Source of the DNA: Burkholderiales bacterium
Lineage (GTDB): Bacteria; Pseudomonadota; Gammaproteobacteria; Burkholderiales; WYBJ01
Length of the DNA stretch: 40,499 nt
Direction: 5' to 3'
Assembly (NCBI GenBank): GCA_044360365.1
Contig: JBIKKL010000002.1
Location: 1-40,499 of the forward strand
Of this stretch, positions 7,975 to 16,283 are shown in pieces; the first letter of the stretch is position 1, and each line of letters starts with the position of its first letter. The position numbers were made by a program, and so were the translations under genes. The notes below the pieces were generated by a model that was not told where the DNA came from, made no database searches, and saw only the letters and a list, made by a program, of their open reading frames with translations.

Positions 7975-8665
7975 CGCCGATCTCGTTGTCGCGCTCGGCG
8001 CACGAGGTGGCCTGCTGCTCGATCTGCGCACGAATCTTCGCGACCTGCGCACGGCGCGCCGGCATATAGCCTTGATCGCCGTAGGCTTCCCACAGCGTCA
8101 TGCTGATGTCGTGATGTTCCGCCAAGCCCGACCGTTCCAAAAGGCCGATTGGACCCTCGGGATAACCGAGGCCCAGCTTGAGCGTCGTATCCATGTCGGA
8201 TGCGGTCGCAAGCCCTTCGTCCAGCCGACGCAGCGCCGCGTTGTAGTACGGGCGGATGAGGCGGTTCACGATGCGCCCCGGGACATCCTTGCTCACAGCG
8301 ACTTTGAGCCCCGCCGATTCGAAGGTGGCTTTGGCCGCTTCGATCGCGCCTTGCGGCGTCGCGGGTTGACGCACAAGTTCGACCAGATCAGACGCCGGAT
8401 CGCCGCCCAGCTTGAAGCGCGCGAAGCCCAGCATGTTGCTGCCCTCCTCGCCGCGCGACTCGCCGGTATAGACGCCGAGGCACTCCATGCCGAGTTCGAT
8501 CACGACGGCGCGATAGCGGTCGAGCTTGCCCAGTCGCTCCAGAGCCTCGGGAATGCGATTGCCGAGCACGATCACGACTTCGCCCTTGCGCGCGGCATGC
8601 TCCAGCAGCGCATGCGGTTCCGGAAACGAGGCGCTGTCGCCCAGCGCGAGGATTTCGTAACTCAT
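7967..8665 (-). CDS. 3-hydroxyacyl-CoA dehydrogenase-family protein with a reduced/degenerate Rossmann domain
   Basis: ATG at 8665 with GGAGG upstream. There is no GxGxxG loop at the N-terminus (MSYEILALGDSASFPE...), but the central and C-terminal 3HCDH motifs are present: DVPGRIVNRLIRPYYNAALRRLDEGLATASDMDTTLKLGLGYPEGP. Sits 4 nt downstream of a canonical Hbd gene. Confidence 0.7.
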   Translation of the reverse strand: MSYEILALGDSASFPEPHALLEHAARKGEVVIVLGNRIPEALERLGKLDRYRAVVIELGMECLGVYTGESRGEEGSNMLGFARFKLGGDPASDLVELVRQPATPQGAIEAAKATFESAGLKVAVSKDVPGRIVNRLIRPYYNAALRRLDEGLATASDMDTTLKLGLGYPEGPIGLLERSGLAEHHDISMTLWEAYGDQGYMPARRAQVAKIRAQIEQQATSCAERDNEIGGE

Positions 8666-8669
8666 GAGA

Positions 8670-9545
8670 TCAGCCTCCGAACATCGCGTTGCCACTGTAC
8701 TTGTAGAACCCCTGCCCCGTCTTGCGACCGAGGTGCCCTGCCGCAATCATGCGTTTGACGAGCGCGGGGACCTGATTGCGCGGCTCGTTCGTCCCTGCAT
8801 AAAGTGCTTCGGCGACGAGCAGATGCGTATCGAGCCCGACGAGGTCGAGCAGTTCCAGCGGCCCCATCGCGTAACCGAGCCCGGTCTTGATCGCGCGATC
8901 GATGTCGGCCGGCTCGGCAAGCCCGGCTTCGACCATGCGGATCGCATCGTTGTTGAACGGAATGAGGAAGTAGTTGAGGATGAAACCTGGGTTGTCCTTG
9001 GTCTTCACCGGAATCTGCCCGAGCGCACGACAGAACTCCCATGCTGTCTGGAACGATTCATCGCTGGTTCGCAAGCCCGGGGACATCTCCACCAGCTTCA
9101 TCAACTGCGCAGGCAGGCAGAAGTGCATGCCGATCACCTGCTCATCCCGACCCGACCCTGATGCGATCTCCGTGATCGACAGTGTCGACGTATTCGATGC
9201 GAAGAGCGTCTGCGGCGGACACACCGCGTTCAGCTTCCCAAGCAGTTCGTGCTTGACCTTGAGATTCTCGAAGACGGCTTCGATGACGATGTCGCACTGG
9301 GCCATCGTGGCGATGTCCGTCGTGCTGCTCAAGTTGGCGAGGATCGTGTCGACCTCGCCGTGCGTGAGCTTCTTGCGCTCGACGGACTTGGCGAAGAAGC
9401 CCTCGGTCTGCTTGCGTGCGCGATCGAGCGCGGGTTGCGACAGATCGAAGACGATGGTGCGAAAGCCGGCCCGCGCCGCGACGATCGCGATGCCGGCCCC
9501 CATGGTGCCGCTGCCGGCGACACCGACGGTTTTGATCTTGGACAT
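8670..9545 (-). CDS. 3-hydroxybutyryl-CoA / 3-hydroxyacyl-CoA dehydrogenase
   Basis: ATG at 9545. MSKIKTVGVAGSGTMGAGIAIVAARAGF (NAD-binding GxGxxG), ...DNPGFILNYFLIPFNNDAIRMVEAG...IDRAIKTGLGYAMGPLEL. Confidence 0.9.
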   Translation of the reverse strand: MSKIKTVGVAGSGTMGAGIAIVAARAGFRTIVFDLSQPALDRARKQTEGFFAKSVERKKLTHGEVDTILANLSSTTDIATMAQCDIVIEAVFENLKVKHELLGKLNAVCPPQTLFASNTSTLSITEIASGSGRDEQVIGMHFCLPAQLMKLVEMSPGLRTSDESFQTAWEFCRALGQIPVKTKDNPGFILNYFLIPFNNDAIRMVEAGLAEPADIDRAIKTGLGYAMGPLELLDLVGLDTHLLVAEALYAGTNEPRNQVPALVKRMIAAGHLGRKTGQGFYKYSGNAMFGG

Positions 9546-9594
9546 GCCTGTTCCTCGAGTGAGGGAAAAAATGCTTCTGTTGCTTCCTGGAGAA

Positions 9595-9775
9595 GAGGGA
9601 AAGGCGAAACGGGAATCCCCCTCTCTCCGACCCTCTCCCCCGGTAACGGGGGAGAGGGAGGCGCTCGATTCAGACGTCAATTCATTCGATGGTGCCGAAT
9701 CGCTACGTCACCTCTCCCCCATGACTGGGTGAGAGGCCGGGAGAGGGGGGGGTCCTCTTCTCTTTTCCCTTTTCC
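9595..9775. repeat. intergenic REP-like element: CCCTCTCCCCCG-GTAA-CGGGGGAGAGGG hairpin, a second degenerate copy, and flanking purine/pyrimidine tracts
   Basis: Perfect 12-bp stem 9631-9642/9647-9658 with a 4-nt loop. A weaker pair is CCTCTCCC 9711-9718 with GGGAGAGG 9739-9746. GGAGAAGAGGGAAAGG lies on the left and CCTCTTCTCTTTTCCCTTTTCCC on the right. Occupies most of the 258-nt gap inside an otherwise tightly packed gene array. Confidence 0.6.
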
Positions 9776-9803
9776 CTGCACGAAACCAGCCGCTCCATTC
9801 CAA

Positions 9804-10970
9804 CTAACGTCTAACAAAACTCCGCCCCACCAACTGCCGATGAATCTGATTCGTGCCTTCCCAGATCTGCGTAATCTTCGCATCGCGCATCAACCGCTCG
9901 ACGCGATAGTCCTTGCAATAGCCGTAACCTCCGTGCAGCTGTACGGCATCCGTCGCAATGCGCATCGCGATGTCCGCCGCGCGCATCTTGAGCATCGAGG
10001 CTTCGATGCCGATGTCTGTCGTGCCGACATCCACGAGGCGGGCGACGTACCACATCCACGCTTCGCATTGAGCCAGGTCGGTCGCCATGTCGGCCAGCAT
10101 GAACTGGATGCCCTGGAACTCGACGATGCGCCGCCCCGATTGCTTGCGATCGTTGATGTACGAAACGGCGTCTTCGAAAGCGGCACGTGCAATCCCGAGC
10201 GCGTGCGCTGCCACGCTCGGACGCGACTTGTTCAGCGAAGCAAGCAGCAGCTTCAGTCCATCCCCCGGTGCGCCCAGGAGGTTTCGCCGCGGCACGCGGT
10301 AACCATCGAAAGCAAGCGTTGCCGTGCTCGACGCGCGCAACCCCATCTTGTCTTCCTCGCGCACCACCGACAATCCGGGGCCGCCGCGCTCCAGCACCAG
10401 CGCAGAGATCGACTTGCGACTATCGTCGATCTCGCTCCACTTGCCGAAAACGAGCATCAAGTCCGAATGCGCACCGTTGGTGATGAACGTCTTGGTCCCG
10501 GTGACGACGATCTCGTCGCCGTCCGGTTCGAACCGCGTCGTCATGCCGGTGGCGTCGGAGCCTGCCGTCGGCTCGGTGATAACCAGCGACGCCAGCGCCC
10601 CATCGACGAGCAGCGGCAGCAGCCGCTGCTTCTGCTCTTCGTTGCCGAAGTCGATGAGCGGCTTCATGGCATGGAAGTTCGTTGCCCAGATCACGCCCGT
10701 CGAAGCACACGCCTTACTGATCTCACGCGCGCACGCGAGATAGACCGCATACGACAACCCGGCGCCGCCATACGCCTGCGGCACGAACATCCCGTTCAAA
10801 CCGAGATCGTTGATGGCTTCCACGTTGTCGCGGGGAAAGTCTCCCGTACGGTCGTACTGAGCCGCACGCGGCGCAATGACATCGCGGGCGAGCGCGCGTA
10901 CGGAGTCCAACACCATTTGTTCTTCGGTGTTCAGAACGAGCGCGGCGTCGAGGCGGTCGAGGACGTTCAA
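9804..10970 (-). CDS. acyl-CoA dehydrogenase
   Basis: 388 aa, MNVLDRLDAALVLNTEEQMVLDSVRALARDVIAP...ITEPTAGSDATGMTT...IWEGTNQIHRQLVGRSF. Canonical ACAD layout. Confidence 0.9.
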   Translation of the reverse strand: MNVLDRLDAALVLNTEEQMVLDSVRALARDVIAPRAAQYDRTGDFPRDNVEAINDLGLNGMFVPQAYGGAGLSYAVYLACAREISKACASTGVIWATNFHAMKPLIDFGNEEQKQRLLPLLVDGALASLVITEPTAGSDATGMTTRFEPDGDEIVVTGTKTFITNGAHSDLMLVFGKWSEIDDSRKSISALVLERGGPGLSVVREEDKMGLRASSTATLAFDGYRVPRRNLLGAPGDGLKLLLASLNKSRPSVAAHALGIARAAFEDAVSYINDRKQSGRRIVEFQGIQFMLADMATDLAQCEAWMWYVARLVDVGTTDIGIEASMLKMRAADIAMRIATDAVQLHGGYGYCKDYRVERLMRDAKITQIWEGTNQIHRQLVGRSFVRR

Positions 10971-11716
10971 TGATTAATCCCCTGCCCGCCATCCACATAA
11001 ATCGTCTCTCCCGTCAGATAAGGGATCTGCTCGGAGAAGATGGCCGCAACCATGCGCGAGATGGCTTCCGTACCGGCATGCGTACCCGTGGGGATACGCT
11101 TGGCGAGATAGTCCTTGAGCGGCCCCTGGGTCAGCGCCTCGCGGTTGAGATCCGTTTCGATGTAACCGGGCGCCACATCGATGACGCTGATGCCCTTCGG
11201 CGCCCACTCCACCGCGAGGCAGCGCGTGATCGCACCGACGGCAGCCTTCGCCGCACAATACGGAACGTTGCGGCGCACGCCGATCTTGTCGAAGAAGGAG
11301 CCGATGTTGACGATGATGCCGCCGCCGCTCTTCACGAGGTGCGGGTAAGCTTCGCGGCAAGTCGTAAAAACTGCAGTCGCGTTGGTCTTCATCACGGTTT
11401 CGTAAACGGACGTCTCGAGTCGATCGCTCGGCCCGTCGAGATGAATGCCTGCGTTGTTCACCAGCCCATGCAGACCGCCCGCCGCTTGCGCGAACTGCGC
11501 GAGTCCGGCGCGAGCGCTCTGCTCGTCCGTCACGTCGCACGCGACATTGACGAAGCTGCCGGCGAGTTCCGCAGGGATCGCGAGGTTCTCGATACCGGTC
11601 CCCTTGCGCGAGAGGCAACCGACGCGAAACCCGCGCTTCGCCAGCTCCAATGCAATGGCGGATCCGATGCCCCGACTTGCGCCCGTAACCGCTATCGCCC
11701 GTTGTTGTGTAGTCAT
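10967..11716 (-). CDS. SDR-family oxidoreductase (3-oxoacyl/3-hydroxyacyl reductase-like)
   Basis: AIAVTGASRGIGSAIALELAKRG, NNAG and YCAAKAAV (YxxxK). ATGA stop/start overlap with the acyl-CoA dehydrogenase at 10967-10970. Confidence 0.9.
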   Translation of the reverse strand: MTTQQRAIAVTGASRGIGSAIALELAKRGFRVGCLSRKGTGIENLAIPAELAGSFVNVACDVTDEQSARAGLAQFAQAAGGLHGLVNNAGIHLDGPSDRLETSVYETVMKTNATAVFTTCREAYPHLVKSGGGIIVNIGSFFDKIGVRRNVPYCAAKAAVGAITRCLAVEWAPKGISVIDVAPGYIETDLNREALTQGPLKDYLAKRIPTGTHAGTEAISRMVAAIFSEQIPYLTGETIYVDGGQGINH

Positions 11717-11723
11717 CGTCGTC

Positions 11724-13409
11724 TCAACCCGTTCGCTTCTCGACCGGCACCCAGCGGCACGGCACAGGCGCGATCGTGCCCGCTTTGGCCCACTCGACCA
11801 GTTCGCGTTTCAGAATCTTTCCGCTCGCGGTGAGCGGAAAGGCGTCCATCGTGATGAAGTACTCGGGCATGTCGAACTTCGACAACCCTTCGCGATCCAG
11901 ATGCTCGAGCGCGGTGTCGGCATCGAGCTCGGTACCTTCGCGCAGGATCGCCGCGAGACACACCCGCTCGCCCAGCCGCTTGTCTGCGATCGGAAAGGCG
12001 GCGACCTTCACCACCGCAGGATGCCGCAGCATCAGGTTCTCGATGCGGGAAGGGAAGATGTTGTGGCCGCCGCGGATGATGAGGTCCTTCTTGCGGCCGA
12101 TGATCTGCAGATTCCCCTGCTCGTCGAGGCGTCCGAGATCCCCGCTCATGAACCAGCCGCCGGCATTGAACGAGTTCTCCGTCGCGCTTTGATTGTCGAA
12201 GTAGCCCAGCATCAGCAGCGCGCCGCGCGTACCGATCTCCCCGGTCGCACCGACGGGCACCTCGATGTCCGGATTCTCCGCATCGAAGATGCGCGTCTCG
12301 TACCCCGGCGCTGCACGCCCGCAGGTGGCGGTGATGGTTTCGACATCGTCGTCGGGCAGCGTGTACTGGTGCGAGCCGTTCTCCGTCATGCCGTAGATGT
12401 TCTGCGGCTTGATGCCCAAATCGAGAAAGGCGCGTGCCGTCTCGGGCGGAATCACCGAGCCGGCCATGTAGAACAGATCGACCTTGCCGAGCTGCTGCAT
12501 GCCTCGGGCCTTCATGTCGGCGAGGACATCGATGGCATGCGTCGGCACACCCATGACGTAGCTCGAGCCTGTATCGACGATCCAGTCGAGCGGCTTCTTG
12601 CCGGGCGGCGGATCGTTTACGACGACTTCGAAGCCGGACACCAGGCTTTGCTCGAGCGCGACCGTGCCGATGTGATGACTGAGCGGGCTGTGGCTGTAGA
12701 GGACCGTGCGGTGATCGTGACTCCAATCCTTCACCATGGCCCGACCGTTCGCGAGCAGCGTGTTGTCCGAATGCAGCACGCCCTTGGGCATCCCCGTCGT
12801 ACCCGAAGTAAATGCGAGGTAGACGATCTTGTCGGGGTTGAGATCGGGCGGCGGGAGCTTGCCGACATCACCGGCGCCTTGCGCGGGGAACACATGTATG
12901 CCTTCCGTTTCGGCGCTCGTTCGGTCTGCGGCATCCAGCCGATACACCCGCTTCATGCACTCGAGACCGCGAGCTCGGGCAAACACGTCGTGCCGATCAG
13001 CATCGGCACCGTACCCGGGCTGGGCAAACAAGGCCGCCGTCTGGATGCGCTCCAGGAGCGTGACGATCTCCTCGACGGTATAGTTCTGATGCAGCGAGGG
13101 ATTGCAGACGTAGCCGTTGCGCGAGCAGGCGAGAAACACGATCGCGGCTTCGACCCGGTTCGGCAGCCATACCGAAACGCGCTGGCCACGCTTGAGGCCT
13201 GCCGCATGCAGATCCGCCGCGAGTGCATCGACCCATTGCAGCCCCTCGCTCCACGTAATGCGTCGGCGCGAATCGCGAAAGGCGTAGTCCTGGGGGCGTT
13301 CCTCTGCGTGCCGCCGGAGCAGAGAATAGAAGGTGTCGTCGCGCCACCAGCCTTGCGCATAAAAGCCGCGTGCCTTCTGCGGATCGTGCAGGGTGAGTAG
13401 GGTGCTCAT
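11724..13409 (-). CDS. AMP-dependent acyl-CoA synthetase/ligase (resembles cyclohexanecarboxylate-CoA ligase-type enzymes)
   Basis: 561 aa with AMP-binding motif LAFTSGTTGMPKGV, YGMTE, GWFMSGDLG and GKILKREL. The N-terminus ...ARGFYAQGWWRDDTFYSLL resembles my memory of AliA-like ligases. The substrate assignment is only an inference. Confidence 0.9.
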   Translation of the reverse strand: MSTLLTLHDPQKARGFYAQGWWRDDTFYSLLRRHAEERPQDYAFRDSRRRITWSEGLQWVDALAADLHAAGLKRGQRVSVWLPNRVEAAIVFLACSRNGYVCNPSLHQNYTVEEIVTLLERIQTAALFAQPGYGADADRHDVFARARGLECMKRVYRLDAADRTSAETEGIHVFPAQGAGDVGKLPPPDLNPDKIVYLAFTSGTTGMPKGVLHSDNTLLANGRAMVKDWSHDHRTVLYSHSPLSHHIGTVALEQSLVSGFEVVVNDPPPGKKPLDWIVDTGSSYVMGVPTHAIDVLADMKARGMQQLGKVDLFYMAGSVIPPETARAFLDLGIKPQNIYGMTENGSHQYTLPDDDVETITATCGRAAPGYETRIFDAENPDIEVPVGATGEIGTRGALLMLGYFDNQSATENSFNAGGWFMSGDLGRLDEQGNLQIIGRKKDLIIRGGHNIFPSRIENLMLRHPAVVKVAAFPIADKRLGERVCLAAILREGTELDADTALEHLDREGLSKFDMPEYFITMDAFPLTASGKILKRELVEWAKAGTIAPVPCRWVPVEKRTG

Positions 13410-13668
13410 GCGTGGTCGGAATCGCTGCGAGAGGGTCGATTGTAAGCGCTACGAGCGAACAGGATCGATTTTCGGGATGCAGAAATCCGCGGCCGCTCCC
13501 GATGAAGACCCCACGACGCAACCGTGGCATCATGGCGACTTTGCTCGACCCACCTGCCCGCCCCCGAGAACAATCACGCAGGACGTCGAGGCGACGACCG
13601 CGAACGTTGCATACCAGCGCCGAGTACCGGCGTAGGGCACGTGCGCACCACCCCGGATGGAGACCGCA

Positions 13669-15342
13669 ATGAACTACGACCTCGTCATCAGAAACGGCAG
13701 CCTCGTCGACGGCACCGGTGCCGCCCGCACCAGCGGCGATCTCGCCGTCAGCAAGGACCGCATCGTGGCCATCGGCACGGTGACCGGCAAGGGCGCCGAA
13801 GAGATCGATGCCACGGGCCAGATCGTCTGCCCCGGCTTCGTCGATCCGCACACCCACTACGATGCGCAGATCACCTGGGACGATCTGCTCTCCAGTTCGG
13901 CCGAGCATGGCATCACGACGGTCGTCATGGGCAACTGCGGCGTAGGCCTCGCCCCGTGCAAGCCCGGGGACCGGGAACTGCTCGCCGACGATCTCGTCAC
14001 CGTCGAGGGCATCGACAAGGAAGTTCTCATGCAAGGCGTGCGCTGGGAATGGGAAAGCTATCCCCAATACCTCGACGCCGCCGAGAAGAACGGCTCCGCA
14101 CTCAATCGCGCCTTTCTCGCGCCGCTCGCTCCCTTCCGCACCTACGTGATCGGGCGTGAAGCCAACGAACGTGCGGCCACTTCCGAGGAGACGACGAAGA
14201 TCGCACAGCTGCTGCAACAAGCGATGGAAGCCGGCGCCTGGGGAATCACCACCACCTTCAATCGCCAGCACATCGGCCATGGCGGCAAGCCGCTTTCGGC
14301 ACGTCTGGCGAGCCGCGACGAGTTGGGCGCCTACGCCGGCGTGCTGAAGAAGCTCGACCGCGGCATCCTGCAGTTCGCACTGACCAAACGCTACGCGACG
14401 TTCGCCGAGGACGAGGAAGAAACGCTGAAGTTCATGCTCGACGCAAGCGGGCGCCCGGCCACCTGGCTCTCGCTCAACAATCTCGTGGAAATGCCCGGCG
14501 CGATCGAAGCGATCCTCGACCGCATCGAACCGCTCATCAAGCGCGGCGGCGTACCGCAGATCCTCACGCGCCCGCTGCTCTTCGACATGAACCTGCGCCG
14601 TCCCTTCATGTTCTCGGAAATGACCTGCGCCCGGCCGCTGTTCGATGCTTCGTTCGAGAAGCAGATGGGCATCTATGCCGATCCCGAATTCCGACAGGCG
14701 TTCAAGGAAGAACTGAAGCTCGGCCGCAAGTGGACCACGCTCGCGCGCAACGTGATCGTCGTCTCGGTCGAGAACCCCGCGCTCAAGTCCCTCGAAGGCA
14801 AGACGGTGGGCGAAATCGCCGATGCGCGCGGCAAGGACGCCAACGACACCTTCTTCGACATCTCCGTCGAAGACAATCTGAACGTCAAGTTCGTCGTCCC
14901 GCGCGCGAACACGGATCACGCGGGCATCGGCCGCCTGCTGAACGACTCGCGCACGATGATCGGCCTCTCGGACGCCGGTGCCCATCTCGACATGCTGTGC
15001 GAGTCGGGCTACACGACGTATGTGCTCGGCCACTGGGTGCGCGAACAAAAGGCGCTCACGCTCGAGCACGCGATCAAGCGCATCACGAGCGAGCCGGCGG
15101 ATTTCTTCGGGCTGGATCGCGGTCGACTGAAGGTGGGCGGCCACGCGGACATCTGCATCTTCGACGAGAAGAAGATCAATTCGCCCATGCGACCGACCCC
15201 GGTGAAGGATCTCCCGGCGGGCGGCTCGCGCCTCTACTGCAAGGCCGAAGGCATTTCGCACGTGATCGTGAACGGTCAGGCAGTTTATCGCGATGGGCAG
15301 CCGACGCAGGCGCGGCCGGGGAAGGTACTGCGGTCGAGCTGA
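13669..15342 (+). CDS. N-acyl-D-amino-acid deacylase (D-aminoacylase) family amidohydrolase
   Basis: MNYDLVIRNGSLVDGTGA...GQIVCPGFVDPHTHYD (HxH metal site) ...GLSDAGAHLD. The ATG at 13669 follows GGAGA. The track ORF starts 12 nt earlier, at 13657. Confidence 0.85.
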   Translation: MNYDLVIRNGSLVDGTGAARTSGDLAVSKDRIVAIGTVTGKGAEEIDATGQIVCPGFVDPHTHYDAQITWDDLLSSSAEHGITTVVMGNCGVGLAPCKPGDRELLADDLVTVEGIDKEVLMQGVRWEWESYPQYLDAAEKNGSALNRAFLAPLAPFRTYVIGREANERAATSEETTKIAQLLQQAMEAGAWGITTTFNRQHIGHGGKPLSARLASRDELGAYAGVLKKLDRGILQFALTKRYATFAEDEEETLKFMLDASGRPATWLSLNNLVEMPGAIEAILDRIEPLIKRGGVPQILTRPLLFDMNLRRPFMFSEMTCARPLFDASFEKQMGIYADPEFRQAFKEELKLGRKWTTLARNVIVVSVENPALKSLEGKTVGEIADARGKDANDTFFDISVEDNLNVKFVVPRANTDHAGIGRLLNDSRTMIGLSDAGAHLDMLCESGYTTYVLGHWVREQKALTLEHAIKRITSEPADFFGLDRGRLKVGGHADICIFDEKKINSPMRPTPVKDLPAGGSRLYCKAEGISHVIVNGQAVYRDGQPTQARPGKVLRSS

Positions 15343-15411
15343 AGCGGAGGGTGGGGAACAGTCGAGGGCAAACATTCGATCCGTTGCCCGCGAATCGCGT
15401 CCACGGAATTC

Positions 15412-15429
15412 GCGGTTCGCGCGAACCGC
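15412..15429. terminator. 18-nt perfect palindrome GCGGTTCGCGCGAACCGC between convergent genes (candidate terminator hairpin)
   Basis: Self-complementary sequence read directly. It lies in the 128-nt gap between the stop codons at 15342 (+) and 15471 (-) and is followed by TCCGGCTTTTCC. The stem is short and the T-run weak. Confidence 0.35.
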
Positions 15430-15470
15430 TCCGGCTTTTCCCTTCCCCTATTCCCCGCAGTTCGGGCGCC

Positions 15471-16250
15471 TCAGTGCCCGAACTTCCCACTATCCGGCTT
15501 GCGCTTCTCCGCAAACGACTTGCCCAGTTCCGCGTGTTCGTCGGTGTCGAGATACAAGCGCAGCAGCAGATCGTGCGACACGCGGGCAAGCCCGCCCACG
15601 CCGCCATGGCGTGCGGTAAACGCAGCCTTGATCGACGCAAGTGCAAACGCGCCGCGGTCGGCGACTTCCAGTGCCATCTTGCGCGTCTCTTCCTTCAACT
15701 TGTCATCGGGTACAACACGATTGATGAGCCCGATCGCCTGAGCTTCCCTGGCGGATAGGCGCGGATTGAGATACCACATCTCCTTCGCCTTCTTCTTGCC
15801 GACGAGGTCTTCGAGATACCACGTGCCGTAGCCCGCATCGAAGCTGCCCATCATCGGGCCGACCTGGCGAAACACCGCACTTTCCTTCGCGATGGTGAGA
15901 TCGCACATGACCTGCAGCACCTGCCCGCCGCCGACGGCAAAGCCGTTCACCGAGGCGATGACGGGCTTCTGCAGCCGGTCGATGGATTCGTAGATCTCCA
16001 GCGTCGGCAGCATTCCGGCATAGAGGTTGGTGTCTTCCAGGCCATCCTTGCGCCCGCCGATGCAGAAGAACTTGTCGCCGGCGCCGGTAAGCACGAGCAC
16101 GCGTGTGCGCGACTCGCGCCGGATGTCATTGATGCAGTCGCGGATCTCGTGACACATCGTCGGGTTGAACATGTTGCCGTCGTGCGGGCGGTTGAGCGTC
16201 AGCCAGCCGATCGGGCCTTCTTCTTCGTAGAGGATGGTTTCGTAAGCCAC
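15471..16250 (-). CDS. MenB/BadI-subfamily crotonase (1,4-dihydroxy-2-naphthoyl-CoA synthase / 2-ketocyclohexanecarboxyl-CoA hydrolase-like)
   Basis: GTG start at 16250. LTGAGDKFFCIGG..., VGPMMGSFDAGYGTWYLEDLVGKKKAKEMWYL and YLDTDEHAELGKSFAEKRKPDSGKF closely follow the MenB/BadI pattern (GSxDxGYG...GxKKAxEhWY). Confidence 0.85.
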   Translation of the reverse strand: MAYETILYEEEGPIGWLTLNRPHDGNMFNPTMCHEIRDCINDIRRESRTRVLVLTGAGDKFFCIGGRKDGLEDTNLYAGMLPTLEIYESIDRLQKPVIASVNGFAVGGGQVLQVMCDLTIAKESAVFRQVGPMMGSFDAGYGTWYLEDLVGKKKAKEMWYLNPRLSAREAQAIGLINRVVPDDKLKEETRKMALEVADRGAFALASIKAAFTARHGGVGGLARVSHDLLLRLYLDTDEHAELGKSFAEKRKPDSGKFGH

Positions 16251-16283
16251 TTCGTTTCACTCCGTTTCGACCAATGAAAATCG

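Noticed and set aside
7975-8052. ATG at 8052 as the CoA-transferase start
   Set aside because: It would overlap the upstream gene by 86 nt and add an Arg/Ser-rich leader. The GTG at 7974 gives the usual few residues before PLAGIRVLDFS. The start remains uncertain.
9249-10973. 574-aa plus-strand ORF running through the REP element and antisense to the acyl-CoA dehydrogenase
   Set aside because: The only word-like part (PLSPTLSPGNGGEGG) is the translation of the palindromic repeat, and the rest mirrors a well-supported minus-strand gene.
12997-15375. 792-aa minus-strand ORF
   Set aside because: Antisense to the D-aminoacylase gene and the 5' end of the ligase gene. The sequence is low-complexity Arg/Ala/Gly/Asp, while the plus frame shows the HxH amidohydrolase motifs.
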